From IMG/VR virus record IMGVR_UViG_3300011008_000067, positions 57,661 to 121,660 of that record: a DNA stretch of 64,000 bases; one strand, written 5' to 3'. Position 1 is the stretch's first letter. Each line of letters opens with the position of its first letter. Below, piece by piece: positions 40,401 to 48,003 of this stretch. A model generated the notes under the pieces. The model was given only the letters and a program-made list of their open reading frames with translations. It was not told the origin of the DNA and did not search any database. A program made the translations under genes and the position numbers. Origin of the DNA: a virus (Duplodnaviria; Caudoviricetes).

Positions 40401-40803
40401 TACCAGTATATACATAAATTCGCGATGTATCAGTCATTTCATCTGCTGTGGATGCAGACAAAGGCGTAGATATTGATTGTTGGACAATACTTACAAGTTG
40501 ATCGTATAAACTCCTTGTAATCTCTGTGCTATGGGCATCTTGTATAAGGATGTTTTCATCAACAGTTAATGTTAAATAGTTGGTCGTGGCGATAGTATTT
40601 TCCCCACTACCATAAAGCATCATTGTCACCGTTCCTGCACCAATTTCTGATGGGAGATATGCGGAGTTTTCGGAGTCTAATAATTGATTATATGCAACCC
40701 CATCTTGGATAAACTGCGCAAAGACTGTAAGCCCATCCCAATCACCAGTTAGGTTATAGACAAATCGGATGAACTCTTGTGTGCCTGCTACAAGGTTTTT
40801 CAG
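34414..40803 (-). CDS. DGR target 1: giant tail adhesin/receptor-binding protein (CotH-like region, LRRs, B-repeats, variable C-terminal domain); true start uncertain
   Basis: >2070 aa; frame open about 60 codons upstream of GTG40629; ends in VR1 (WWLRS...GVVLGFCI). Confidence 0.88.
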   Translation of the reverse strand: MKNLVAGTQEFIRFVYNLTGDWDGLTVFAQFIQDGVAYNQLLDSENSAYLPSEIGAGTVTMMLYGSGENTIATTNYLTLTVDENILIQDAHSTEITRSLYDQLVSIVQQSISTPLSASTADEMTDTSRIYVYTGNETGYNNGYWYYYDGSEWLAGGVYNAVTVQTDASLSVAGMPADSSMVGARLNNNEAYISMLESQIAELQEAMLNISIDADDLGLEQDEDTYYVYPTYKGIRSENGIPLASSGGGGSGGGDVISAILNVTNTTGWLSKTIASGSDCDISLVWSSTEDGMPTGDGNIRISVNDVVRTTYQISQGNVFVNLAPYLATGTNKVKVRISDTYDQGKTITFNITSIALSITSTFDSSTVYSGAISFPYTPVGAVEKTVYFILDGQTIGTQTTQVSNRQMSYTIPSQIHGAHSLRVYFESTINNETVRSNELYYEFLFVDSLTTAPIIASSFNTKSMPQYSTIALPFLVYTPATLTSNVTISVNGTVVSTQTVDRTEQSFSYKANQYGTLTFVISTGNVSKTISLTITESEIDVKAETEDLALYLSSQGRSNAESTRNVWTYGDGASQIACTLSGFNWVSDGWQTDDDNTTLLRVSGNARVTIPYKPFAQDFRTTGKTIELEFATRNVLDYDATILSCISGGRGLELTPQKATLKSEQSEISVQYKENEHIRVTFVVEKRAENRLVFVFINSIPSGVIEYPTNDDFSQISPVNIAIGSNDATIDLYCIRVYDNNLTRHQVLDNWIADTTDGSEMLDRYSRNNVYDAYGNITIANLPSYIPYFILDADELPQYKGDKKTITGTYTDPMYPSKSFTFTGCQINVQGTSSAPYARKNYDMQFKNGFELTSGHANQYALRTGAIPFNRFVLKADVASSEGANNVELVRLYNDACPYKTPEMVEDSRVRWGIDGFPIVVFWNDTATGTVKFLGKYNFNLPKRAPAPYGYSEDGTMESWEFQNNRDALMLFQSDYFNMEMRTDPDTGETKEAWRFDYEARFPSDEWTDISILQEFQTFVYSTWRQNAPNTALPTSVTYGGVTYTTDNADYRLAKFKNEFPTYAELDSFIFYYIFTEQFLMVDSRAKNLFIGFNGSPVTVSGRKATRKATAQPYDMDTAIGTNNEGSLVNSYNVEDADYGGVYTGEGSVLWENIRDAFNTEIVQMYQSLRNQGILSFDTVETRFEEHQSIWSEAIWLEDSWFKYIDPLINPDAGKQPTSMYLPMMQGSKEQQRKWWLSNRFRYQDSRWHCGDALLSPIQLRAYSKGNITVTPYFDIYATVRYGTPIVTQRSTHGQATTLVCPPEVTTFYDTEIYIYSAQQIASVGDLSPLKVGLADFSGAINLQEVKLGDSSSSYNNDWLYQLSFGSNRLLKKIDVRNCAGLGNTNIEGHTQTTVDISGCEVIEEVYFDGTNIKGLTLPNGGVLKVLSLPSTITGLVVQNQSQLTTFSVTNNDYSNIETLRIENCSSVIPVMDILDDIKQGSRVRIIGFTTTASGASDAAKKTDIEEFYAYLDTMRGLDEYGNNVATAQVQGIITGIDTLTGAWLAQMKAKYPYIDITYNHITSNLFYYNGETLYYTESITDGANGVYTGTPTKANSSDGHYSYTFAGWSKDDDNTVDADARTNVTADRNVYACYTANVRKYTITWRNNGTTIRTDTDVEWGTKPVWGQAMPSSGGQTATGWDYDLNVGITGNTTINAKYVPQYTATFVLAAVDSPTGSQYTLASPKFDEGSTPVYSGETPTTAQGDSTEFTFTGWSPALAPIYANTTYVAQFQDNRAVTIQYLSRNIAEYESSSNTTFAAYGLGYATKLTSAKAPVTSVAEYAFANDTNLEVVDLSATSGAVTIASNAFSGCTNLQHVIIRSSTMATLSSTNAFTGTKFAYGEGVVYVPTSLVATYKANTNWSNYNIADINDYPITDLSTITDSWSTIIANNNYATAYTVGDTKLVDLGTFGKHYFELVAMDEDTKASGGKARMTWMNKNFLTTHVMNTSNTTTGGYDASNMKSWLTSDVLPQLQSEIKNAIVPVTKISGTYENSAVVVNGQSTTESLWIPSEYEIFGTTTYENTGAQYSKFDTAAKRIKYNPATGSANNWWLRSASSASNFRGVNGNGGANVSSAVSAYGVVLGFCI
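34423..34545 (-). repeat. DGR variable repeat VR1
   Basis: 123-nt match to TR with 18 differences, 17 at TR adenines. Confidence 0.96.
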
Positions 40804-40838
40804 ATTTGCCGCTTCTCCTATTAAACTACAATTTTACA

Positions 40839-40885
40839 CTACAATATATAGTGTATATTGTGCTTTATTGCACCATATATTGTGT
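40839..40885. promoter_or_regulatory. second tandem NrdR-box-like element
   Basis: ctacaatatatagtgt and gcaccatatattgtgt, starts 31 bp apart. Confidence 0.5.
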
Positions 40886-40978
40886 TCATCATCACAATAA
40901 AATGATAGTTTTATTTAGTTGTTGTTAAATTGTAAAAATAAGAGTGATTGCATATTGCAACCACTCTCTTAAACTATA

Positions 40979-41455
40979 TCATTCTTCTATATCATCGTCA
41001 TTTTCATCAAGTTTGCCTATTACTGGCAGATTTCTTACTTTCAGCATTAGAGTTGCAACATATCCATTACCATGTCTTTCTTGGTATTCTTCATACATTT
41101 CTTCTAATGCCCGTAATTGTCTTATTGTTATTTGTCCTTTGGAAACATATTCTTCACCAGCACGAACAATAGCATAGCGTAAACTTTTTAAGTCAGATTC
41201 ATCTTGCTTATCTAATTGTTTTTGAATGTGCGATAATTTGTCACTGATGGACTTTAATTGTTCATCATGGCTCTGAATCATTTTCTTAAATTCAATACTT
41301 TCTTCCCTTATCTCATGTGTCTTTTCAAATGCTTTATATAACTTGATAGTAAATGTAATGATAGTTGTTACAATTCCAGCTAAAACAACAAGCCAAGCAA
41401 CTATCGTGCCTATTGGGATTAAAGATAATTCATGAATTATCGTGCTTGTTTCCAT
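40979..41455 (-). CDS. holin-associated membrane protein
   Basis: N-terminal TM, coiled coil, EEMYEEY...GNG motif common next to lysis genes. Confidence 0.6.
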   Translation of the reverse strand: METSTIIHELSLIPIGTIVAWLVVLAGIVTTIITFTIKLYKAFEKTHEIREESIEFKKMIQSHDEQLKSISDKLSHIQKQLDKQDESDLKSLRYAIVRAGEEYVSKGQITIRQLRALEEMYEEYQERHGNGYVATLMLKVRNLPVIGKLDENDDDIEE

Positions 41456-41477
41456 GATTAATTTACCTCATACGATT

Positions 41478-41858
41478 TTACTCAACTTTATTGTTTTCTA
41501 CTACTTCTTTTAATGTCTTTAAAGATTCGTTAATTTCCATATCAATCCATGCGATTAAATCACTCTGATTAACTGCTTTTGAAAGAATCGGGTATTTCTC
41601 ATAAATCATACCAATTACTTGAGACCGCTTGATTGATCCTGCTTTATTCCAATCATTAAAATCTAACTCTGCATCAAGAATCATCTTTAAGATAGTTTCC
41701 TTAATCTGTTGCTTTGCAATCATAATTCTCTCTTCATTAGTGTGACTTGCAAAGTCAATTACCTTTTTAGCAATAGTAAGGCACAGTCCAATGATTACAG
41801 CGATAGTAGTCCAGTTTTCATTAACAAATTCTAAAAAATTCTGTATTCCTTTAAGCAT
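41478..41858 (-). CDS. holin-like protein
   Basis: One N-terminal TM; AE...G.IKRSQV pattern like LL-H-type holins. Confidence 0.6.
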   Translation of the reverse strand: MLKGIQNFLEFVNENWTTIAVIIGLCLTIAKKVIDFASHTNEERIMIAKQQIKETILKMILDAELDFNDWNKAGSIKRSQVIGMIYEKYPILSKAVNQSDLIAWIDMEINESLKTLKEVVENNKVE

Positions 41859-41906
41859 AGTTCACTTCTCCATATGTTTAAAATAATGTTTATAAGTTAC
41901 ATGTAA

Positions 41907-41940
41907 ATAGCTGCCACCAATATAAATTGATAGCAGCTAT
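41907..41940 (-). terminator. hairpin, probable intrinsic terminator
   Basis: atagctgctatcaat / attggtggcagctat stem with G.U pairs on the - strand. Confidence 0.6.
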
Positions 41941-41944
41941 AATA

Positions 41945-42367
41945 TCACTTGCTATAAGATGAATCACATAATACGCTTTGTAAGCTGATTATATCCTCTG
42001 CTGAAAGAGAATCATATTTATCATTATCATCATAATCAAATACAGAAATATCAATCTTATATAGATCAACATCGATTTCAATATTAAGTAATTCACCTAT
42101 TTCATTTCCGTAAGTCGATACGTGTTCTTTATCAACAATGGGTATTCCCTGATTATTGTATTTTATGTTGCCATTTTCATCTTTAACAAAATATTCTTTA
42201 TACTTATCAAAAATGTTTTCTAATGATTTTGAGTAACATTCAATATCTTTTGCTAACAAAATCATGTTCCTTGTAATTGCAAAACTAATTCTTTGTGGCA
42301 ATTTCTTTTTTGAATAGTATTCAAGAACACGAACCATACCTATTAAATCAATATTTTTTACTTTCAT
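41945..42367 (-). CDS. tail-associated hypothetical protein
   Basis: Coupled to tail spike gene. Confidence 0.6.
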   Translation of the reverse strand: MKVKNIDLIGMVRVLEYYSKKKLPQRISFAITRNMILLAKDIECYSKSLENIFDKYKEYFVKDENGNIKYNNQGIPIVDKEHVSTYGNEIGELLNIEIDVDLYKIDISVFDYDDNDKYDSLSAEDIISLQSVLCDSSYSK

Positions 42368-45300
42368 TTATTTCCCTCTTTTATCATTTCATACAATTCC
42401 TGTATTGCTTTTACAATATAACCAAGCATATAGAAATCATTTACACTTTTAACATTCATAGTTCCATCTTTGTTATAGCCACCACCGATTGATAATTTAT
42501 CATCTATCTTTTCAAGTTCATCTGCGATAAAACCTATTTTTTGATGACCTTTTCCGTCTTTCCAATCGAAAGATCGCAATGATATCTCATTAAGAACATC
42601 TATTGCAGATTTTATTTCCGTTTGTGCTATATTCTTTTTTAATCGTATATCGGATGATGGAACAGATAAATATTTTGTTGAAAAATTAGATGTTTCCCAT
42701 TGACCTATTAGAATAAGACCGTTTGAATTTGAGCCTATACAAGCCATTCTCTTTGTATCTGTCGTAGCTGAAGCCAATGGCTTTCTTACTGTTCCACTCC
42801 AATCTTTAAAGTAGAAGTGTGATGCGTTTGCTACAGAAATAGAATCATTATCATCTGTATATAAAAATATCGCTTTATTAGCAATAGCATTAAAAATACC
42901 GAATGCAGTTCTTGATGAAGCATTACCACCATAAATAAACATATCATGCGCATAAGTGCCATTAGAATTTGCAGAAGAAATCCTTAAACGTCTTTCAGTT
43001 CCTACGGTGGAACGACCAAGCCACGTTGTTTTATTATTCAAAGAAACCTGTCCATCGAAATCAATATATCCATTTGATGTGTTGGCTTTAAAGGAAGTAC
43101 ATATTAATGATTTCGGAATCCTTGTATTTCCGTCTTTATCTAATAGCTGAAGCGTTCTTTCATAACAATGATTTGATATATAATTATATTGTTTTATGCG
43201 AATTGGTATGTAATGACGATCATTATCTAAACTATCATTTGTGTATGACGTAGATATTTCAAGGTATCCATTTTCATCTGTTGCGTTACCGCTTATGCTC
43301 CAAAAAGTTATATCATCATCTTTTTTACAACTGATACTATTAATTACTATGATGTCGTTATTCACTTTTATATTGTCAACTTCAATATCTTTAACAACAA
43401 CATTGCCATCTTCAATACGAAATGATTCACCGTATTTAAAGTAGTCACTTCCGATATGCGTATATTGATTAAATTGAGCAAAACTACGACCATACCTTAC
43501 AAATGCAAAAACATCAAGAATTGTAATATCAGTAAGAGGATAGTTGCTCCCAAGATTCGCATCATTGTTTATTACAAGATTTTTGATGTATGTATCCATG
43601 TCGTTTTCATGGAAATCATGCTCGTACTTGTAATGTACATTGTTTGTTGGGTAGGTAATAACTACTTCATTTGAAACATCTACTTCTGAATATAGAATAG
43701 GAACAGTTATATAGTTTGTTCTCGTAACAGTATTTGTGGTTGTTGTAGTAGTTCCACTTGAAGAACTTCCTACTAATTGCTCATCTTCATCTGAATCATC
43801 ATACAATTCTAAATCGTCAATAATAACGATATCATCATCTGTTTCTTCTGTCTCATATGAATACATTATATTTAGACTTATATACAACAATTTTAATGAA
43901 GTGTTGTCATTGTCGTTCTCAGGGTCTTTTTGTCTTTCATATGAAATAGTAAACGTATCATATTCGTCATTTGCATTTGGGAATATTCTTTCATTTTGCT
44001 GATAAATTTTATATTCGCCGGATGTGGCAGTGTAATATCCGTCAAATCCATTATCTGAAATATTAAATGGATTCACACTGCCTATAGTGCCACTTTTAGC
44101 ATTTATATTACCAGTAAGATTTAAATCACCATCTGTATTGATATTAAATATGGATGAATTACCTTTTAATATTTCAACGATGGATGATGCGCTTGGATTT
44201 ACAATAAAAGAATTGTTTGTATTTGAGACAGATAAACCGTTTTCATCAAAGGTCAACGAACCTGTTTCATTATATAAGCCAAGTGTTTCTCCGATAATCA
44301 TTTTTCCCACGATTGTTTCACCGTTTATACCATATGCGGTTTCCATTTCTTCTGTTACAGGATTAATGTAATGAAACCTTCCTATGGCTGTTTTTGTAGT
44401 ACGCCAGTTATCAGTAGTAATAGCAATGGTAGAGTTAATGAGTTTCATTTGCTCATCTTCATAATCTTCCGTGATAGGATCGAATTTTCTTAAAAGCAGA
44501 CCATGTTCATCAAATGACATATCTTGTCCTATCGCAGAATTGACAATCTTTGTAAGCGTTGCGTCTAAACCATCTTCAAACCATGAGTTTACAATTTCCG
44601 TTGTTTCTTCACTTTTTGATGCTTGACGTTCAATAGATTGATAAGACGTTGCCATACTACTTGCTTGATCTATGATGCTTTTTAAATCTGATACATCATT
44701 ACCACTATTTATTACATCTGAAAATTCAACAGATAATGAATCTATATCGTCAAAATTTACGGTATACCCTATCAATCTCAGCTTATATATTTCACCGTCA
44801 ATTTTTACTCTTATCCAATTACCGACACAGAAATAATCTAATATCGGTTCAAATCCTTTAATTGCCAAAAGGTTTTTTAATGTAGCATCAATGCTATGTT
44901 GAAGAGTAGCGGATTTAATAAGTTCTTTATTTGCAACGTCTATAAATTCTCTCGCTCTTTCTAATAGCTGTGGATTTGTTAATCCATCAGATATATAATT
45001 TCGATTTGAATAAATTGCTTCACGCCGATAAGAACAAAATTCCTTCCATAAATCATCACCGATAAATTCTTTGAAGTCTAAACTCTTTTGAATTAATGAT
45101 CTTATCTCAGACGCTTCGTTATATACTGATTCTATTATTTCGATTTCGTCTTGTCGTAAAGCTATTTCGCATTCGATTGCTTTTAATTTTGTATAGTAAT
45201 CTTCGTAAAATGTTTCATATAGATTTGTTTCTGCGTTGAGCCAAGTTTCATTATCAGATATTCCTTGTTCGACAAGGATATCTAAGCACGACTGACAATT

Positions 45301-46935
45301 TTCATGGAATGACTGTAATTGGTTCAAACAGTATTTTTTTAATTCGTCTACAAATTCTCCTGAATATGTAGCATGTGAATAAACACACGCTTTACTAAAC
45401 AAAACCAATACATCACATTCATCAGTTTTTTCTTTATTTAGCACATATTCAATTTTCTGTCTTATGAAGGATGAATAATCATCGTCTATCTCAATCATTA
45501 TTTCTTCTGATTCAGCGGTATCATCCTCATCTGAGTAATTAGTTACTGAAAATTTTCCGCGCCAAATGTACAGCGTTGAATCATATGATGACTCTTTTAT
45601 TTTTACTTGATAAGTAGAACGTACAATAGCTTTTGCTAAAGACAATACATTTAAATCTACTGTTGAACTTGAAGCAGAATGCAAATTCGCAATAGAGATA
45701 GAAGATAGAGATTCGCTATTAAGCAACTCTACTTGTTCTGATGCGTTTGTATCTGACATTTCTACTGTTGGCAATAATCCACTTTTTAAATATATTTGAA
45801 AATCTAATGCACTATATAAAATATCAATAAGAGAACTGAAACCTTGTTCATTGCTTAATGCATTTATTGTCTCATCGTAATCTTGATATTTCTCCACAAC
45901 AGAATTGTATTGGCTTAATAAATCCTCATCTATCAACACAGGATATTCATTTTGATAATACGCATATAACTCATCATAATTATTAAGTACATCTTTTAAT
46001 TCATCTGACATATCATCTTTAATATTGTCTGGTATGTACCACAAATATTCTGTTCCGTTTGGATTACTTAACATAACTGATGCAGTCATTAAATCGTCAC
46101 CAGTATCTAATTTAAAACAAGTATTTACTTGATTTGTATCAGAAGATAGCTTGATATTATCTGCAAGATTTTCGCTTGATACAAACACGGTAGTATCTTC
46201 TCCATAACCACTTGTTATGTTTGCACTTCCACATTTAGGACATATGCCATTATTAAAATCTCCGCGATATCCACATTCATTACAATAGTTTTGCAAATCA
46301 TAAACATATATCCCTCTTTCTGGATAACCGTTTTCATCAGACTTTTGCGAAATCACAAATAAACATCCTATTTCCTCTGATATTTCCTGAAATGCATCAT
46401 ATATAGAAGTGTTGTCAAAAGTAAATACTCTCTGTATATCTTTTATTGTAGAGTCAACATGCTTAATCGTGTAATGTGGTGCTTTTTCTGTAATTCGATT
46501 CAGCAAAGATGCCTTTGGATTTTCATCGTCATATAATTTAGTTGGAACATAATCATCCAATTCTATATCATCTTCTGTATTTATTTGTATATCAAATAGT
46601 TTGATTGCTGATAGTTCAGCTTCACCGATGGAACGAGCGTTTATGATTTTAACAAGTTCATTTGATTCATCAATTTCTACGGTTATCTCAAACCAAGCAT
46701 CCCATTCCTTACACCACACTAATTTAAAATCTATAATTTCATCCCATAAGTTAGTAGGCACATTTCCATACATCTTTGATACATTGAAACTAAGTGAATT
46801 ATAAGAATTAAAATTATCAGTAAAATGTATTTCGGTTGAAGGTATAACACCTATTTTTTTGCCACTTCTTTTAGAAAGAACAATAGTGGGAGATTTTACA
46901 TTTTTAGCTGAATCAAATTCAAGTTTTATCGCCAT
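42364..46935 (-). CDS. tail spike/Tal-like protein with C-terminal S74 intramolecular chaperone
   Basis: Follows Dit; SDIRLKKNI...IGFIADEL...KAIQEL. Confidence 0.85.
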   Translation of the reverse strand: MAIKLEFDSAKNVKSPTIVLSKRSGKKIGVIPSTEIHFTDNFNSYNSLSFNVSKMYGNVPTNLWDEIIDFKLVWCKEWDAWFEITVEIDESNELVKIINARSIGEAELSAIKLFDIQINTEDDIELDDYVPTKLYDDENPKASLLNRITEKAPHYTIKHVDSTIKDIQRVFTFDNTSIYDAFQEISEEIGCLFVISQKSDENGYPERGIYVYDLQNYCNECGYRGDFNNGICPKCGSANITSGYGEDTTVFVSSENLADNIKLSSDTNQVNTCFKLDTGDDLMTASVMLSNPNGTEYLWYIPDNIKDDMSDELKDVLNNYDELYAYYQNEYPVLIDEDLLSQYNSVVEKYQDYDETINALSNEQGFSSLIDILYSALDFQIYLKSGLLPTVEMSDTNASEQVELLNSESLSSISIANLHSASSSTVDLNVLSLAKAIVRSTYQVKIKESSYDSTLYIWRGKFSVTNYSDEDDTAESEEIMIEIDDDYSSFIRQKIEYVLNKEKTDECDVLVLFSKACVYSHATYSGEFVDELKKYCLNQLQSFHENCQSCLDILVEQGISDNETWLNAETNLYETFYEDYYTKLKAIECEIALRQDEIEIIESVYNEASEIRSLIQKSLDFKEFIGDDLWKEFCSYRREAIYSNRNYISDGLTNPQLLERAREFIDVANKELIKSATLQHSIDATLKNLLAIKGFEPILDYFCVGNWIRVKIDGEIYKLRLIGYTVNFDDIDSLSVEFSDVINSGNDVSDLKSIIDQASSMATSYQSIERQASKSEETTEIVNSWFEDGLDATLTKIVNSAIGQDMSFDEHGLLLRKFDPITEDYEDEQMKLINSTIAITTDNWRTTKTAIGRFHYINPVTEEMETAYGINGETIVGKMIIGETLGLYNETGSLTFDENGLSVSNTNNSFIVNPSASSIVEILKGNSSIFNINTDGDLNLTGNINAKSGTIGSVNPFNISDNGFDGYYTATSGEYKIYQQNERIFPNANDEYDTFTISYERQKDPENDNDNTSLKLLYISLNIMYSYETEETDDDIVIIDDLELYDDSDEDEQLVGSSSSGTTTTTTNTVTRTNYITVPILYSEVDVSNEVVITYPTNNVHYKYEHDFHENDMDTYIKNLVINNDANLGSNYPLTDITILDVFAFVRYGRSFAQFNQYTHIGSDYFKYGESFRIEDGNVVVKDIEVDNIKVNNDIIVINSISCKKDDDITFWSISGNATDENGYLEISTSYTNDSLDNDRHYIPIRIKQYNYISNHCYERTLQLLDKDGNTRIPKSLICTSFKANTSNGYIDFDGQVSLNNKTTWLGRSTVGTERRLRISSANSNGTYAHDMFIYGGNASSRTAFGIFNAIANKAIFLYTDDNDSISVANASHFYFKDWSGTVRKPLASATTDTKRMACIGSNSNGLILIGQWETSNFSTKYLSVPSSDIRLKKNIAQTEIKSAIDVLNEISLRSFDWKDGKGHQKIGFIADELEKIDDKLSIGGGYNKDGTMNVKSVNDFYMLGYIVKAIQELYEMIKEGNK

Positions 46936-46948
46936 AATAAAACCTCCT

Positions 46949-47758
46949 TTAAGGAATATCTTTAATAATTGGCGTGTATATTATTTCTAATGTGCAAGGC
47001 AGAGATGCAGTTATTGTATTGCGCCTATTATCATATGTATTCCCAATGCAGAAAAATTCATAATTAAAATCCTCACTAATTTTATGTGATTCAATAGATG
47101 AAGATATTATTTGTGTTTCTGCATTCATTGTAAGAACTTCGCCATTTGTGCAATTTTTAACTCGCATAGTTGTATTGCATAAATCATTGCTGATTTCTAA
47201 ATCACCACTATCTTTACATGTGACTACAATGGAAGGATATATGAATCCAATTTCGTCAGACATATCATTAAAAACATATGAGGGTTTTATTTCGCTAAAA
47301 TCCCACTTCATGCGTTGTTCAAGTCCATATCCAAAAGGCTTATCAGTTTCCATTGTTAAGCGAAGTCCATATAGTTTCTCGGCTACTTTAATTTTTTCGA
47401 TATTAAAACTTGCGTTATAATAGCAAGTATCATAGTCTAAATCAGGATCGCTGATTCTGAACTTTAAAAATTCTTTGCGATTAAGCCATCTCATTAAGTC
47501 TCTAAACTCGTCATTTGAGATTTCTAAATCATCATATACATCAGGGTCTTTACAAATATCAAATACTGCCTCGATACATTCTTCATATTGTGTACTTGTC
47601 AGAGAATGAATATTACCTCCATATCTTGATACTTTTTTAAAAGATATATTTGAACCAGCAGATGTAATATTTGTTCCAGATGTATCATTGAAATCGCAAA
47701 TAATAAAGCCAAAATCGTTAAGATACTGACCATCATATTCAAAATCTACAGCGTTCAT
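46949..47758 (-). CDS. distal tail protein (Dit)-like
   Basis: DFEYDGQYL.DFG, RWLNR, TDKPFGY; position after TMP. Confidence 0.75.
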   Translation of the reverse strand: MNAVDFEYDGQYLNDFGFIICDFNDTSGTNITSAGSNISFKKVSRYGGNIHSLTSTQYEECIEAVFDICKDPDVYDDLEISNDEFRDLMRWLNRKEFLKFRISDPDLDYDTCYYNASFNIEKIKVAEKLYGLRLTMETDKPFGYGLEQRMKWDFSEIKPSYVFNDMSDEIGFIYPSIVVTCKDSGDLEISNDLCNTTMRVKNCTNGEVLTMNAETQIISSSIESHKISEDFNYEFFCIGNTYDNRRNTITASLPCTLEIIYTPIIKDIP

Positions 47759-47958
47759 GATTGATCCTCTTTTAAGTTAGTTTTATTTAGTTCCAATGTT
47801 AATATTCGTATTAGTGAATCATAGTTGTTTTTTGCTGCTTTAGCTTCTTCAATCCTTTCTTCCCATTCAGTCTTTAGCTGACTGCATTCTATTAACATTT
47901 GGTTTGCCCTTTCTATTTTTTCTTCAAGAGTTCTTTTTAATTCTTGTTCTTCGTCCAT
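47755..47958 (-). CDS. small coiled-coil protein
   Basis: 67 aa, GGAG RBS. Confidence 0.5.
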   Translation of the reverse strand: MDEEQELKRTLEEKIERANQMLIECSQLKTEWEERIEEAKAAKNNYDSLIRILTLELNKTNLKEDQS

Positions 47959-47975
47959 TTTCTCTCCAATAATAA

Positions 47976-48001
47976 ACGAGGGTGATTAATTTCACCCTCG
48001 T
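47976..48001 (-). terminator. hairpin after tape-measure gene
   Basis: acgagggtga / tcaccctcgt 10-bp stem. Confidence 0.6.
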
Positions 48002-48003
48002 AC

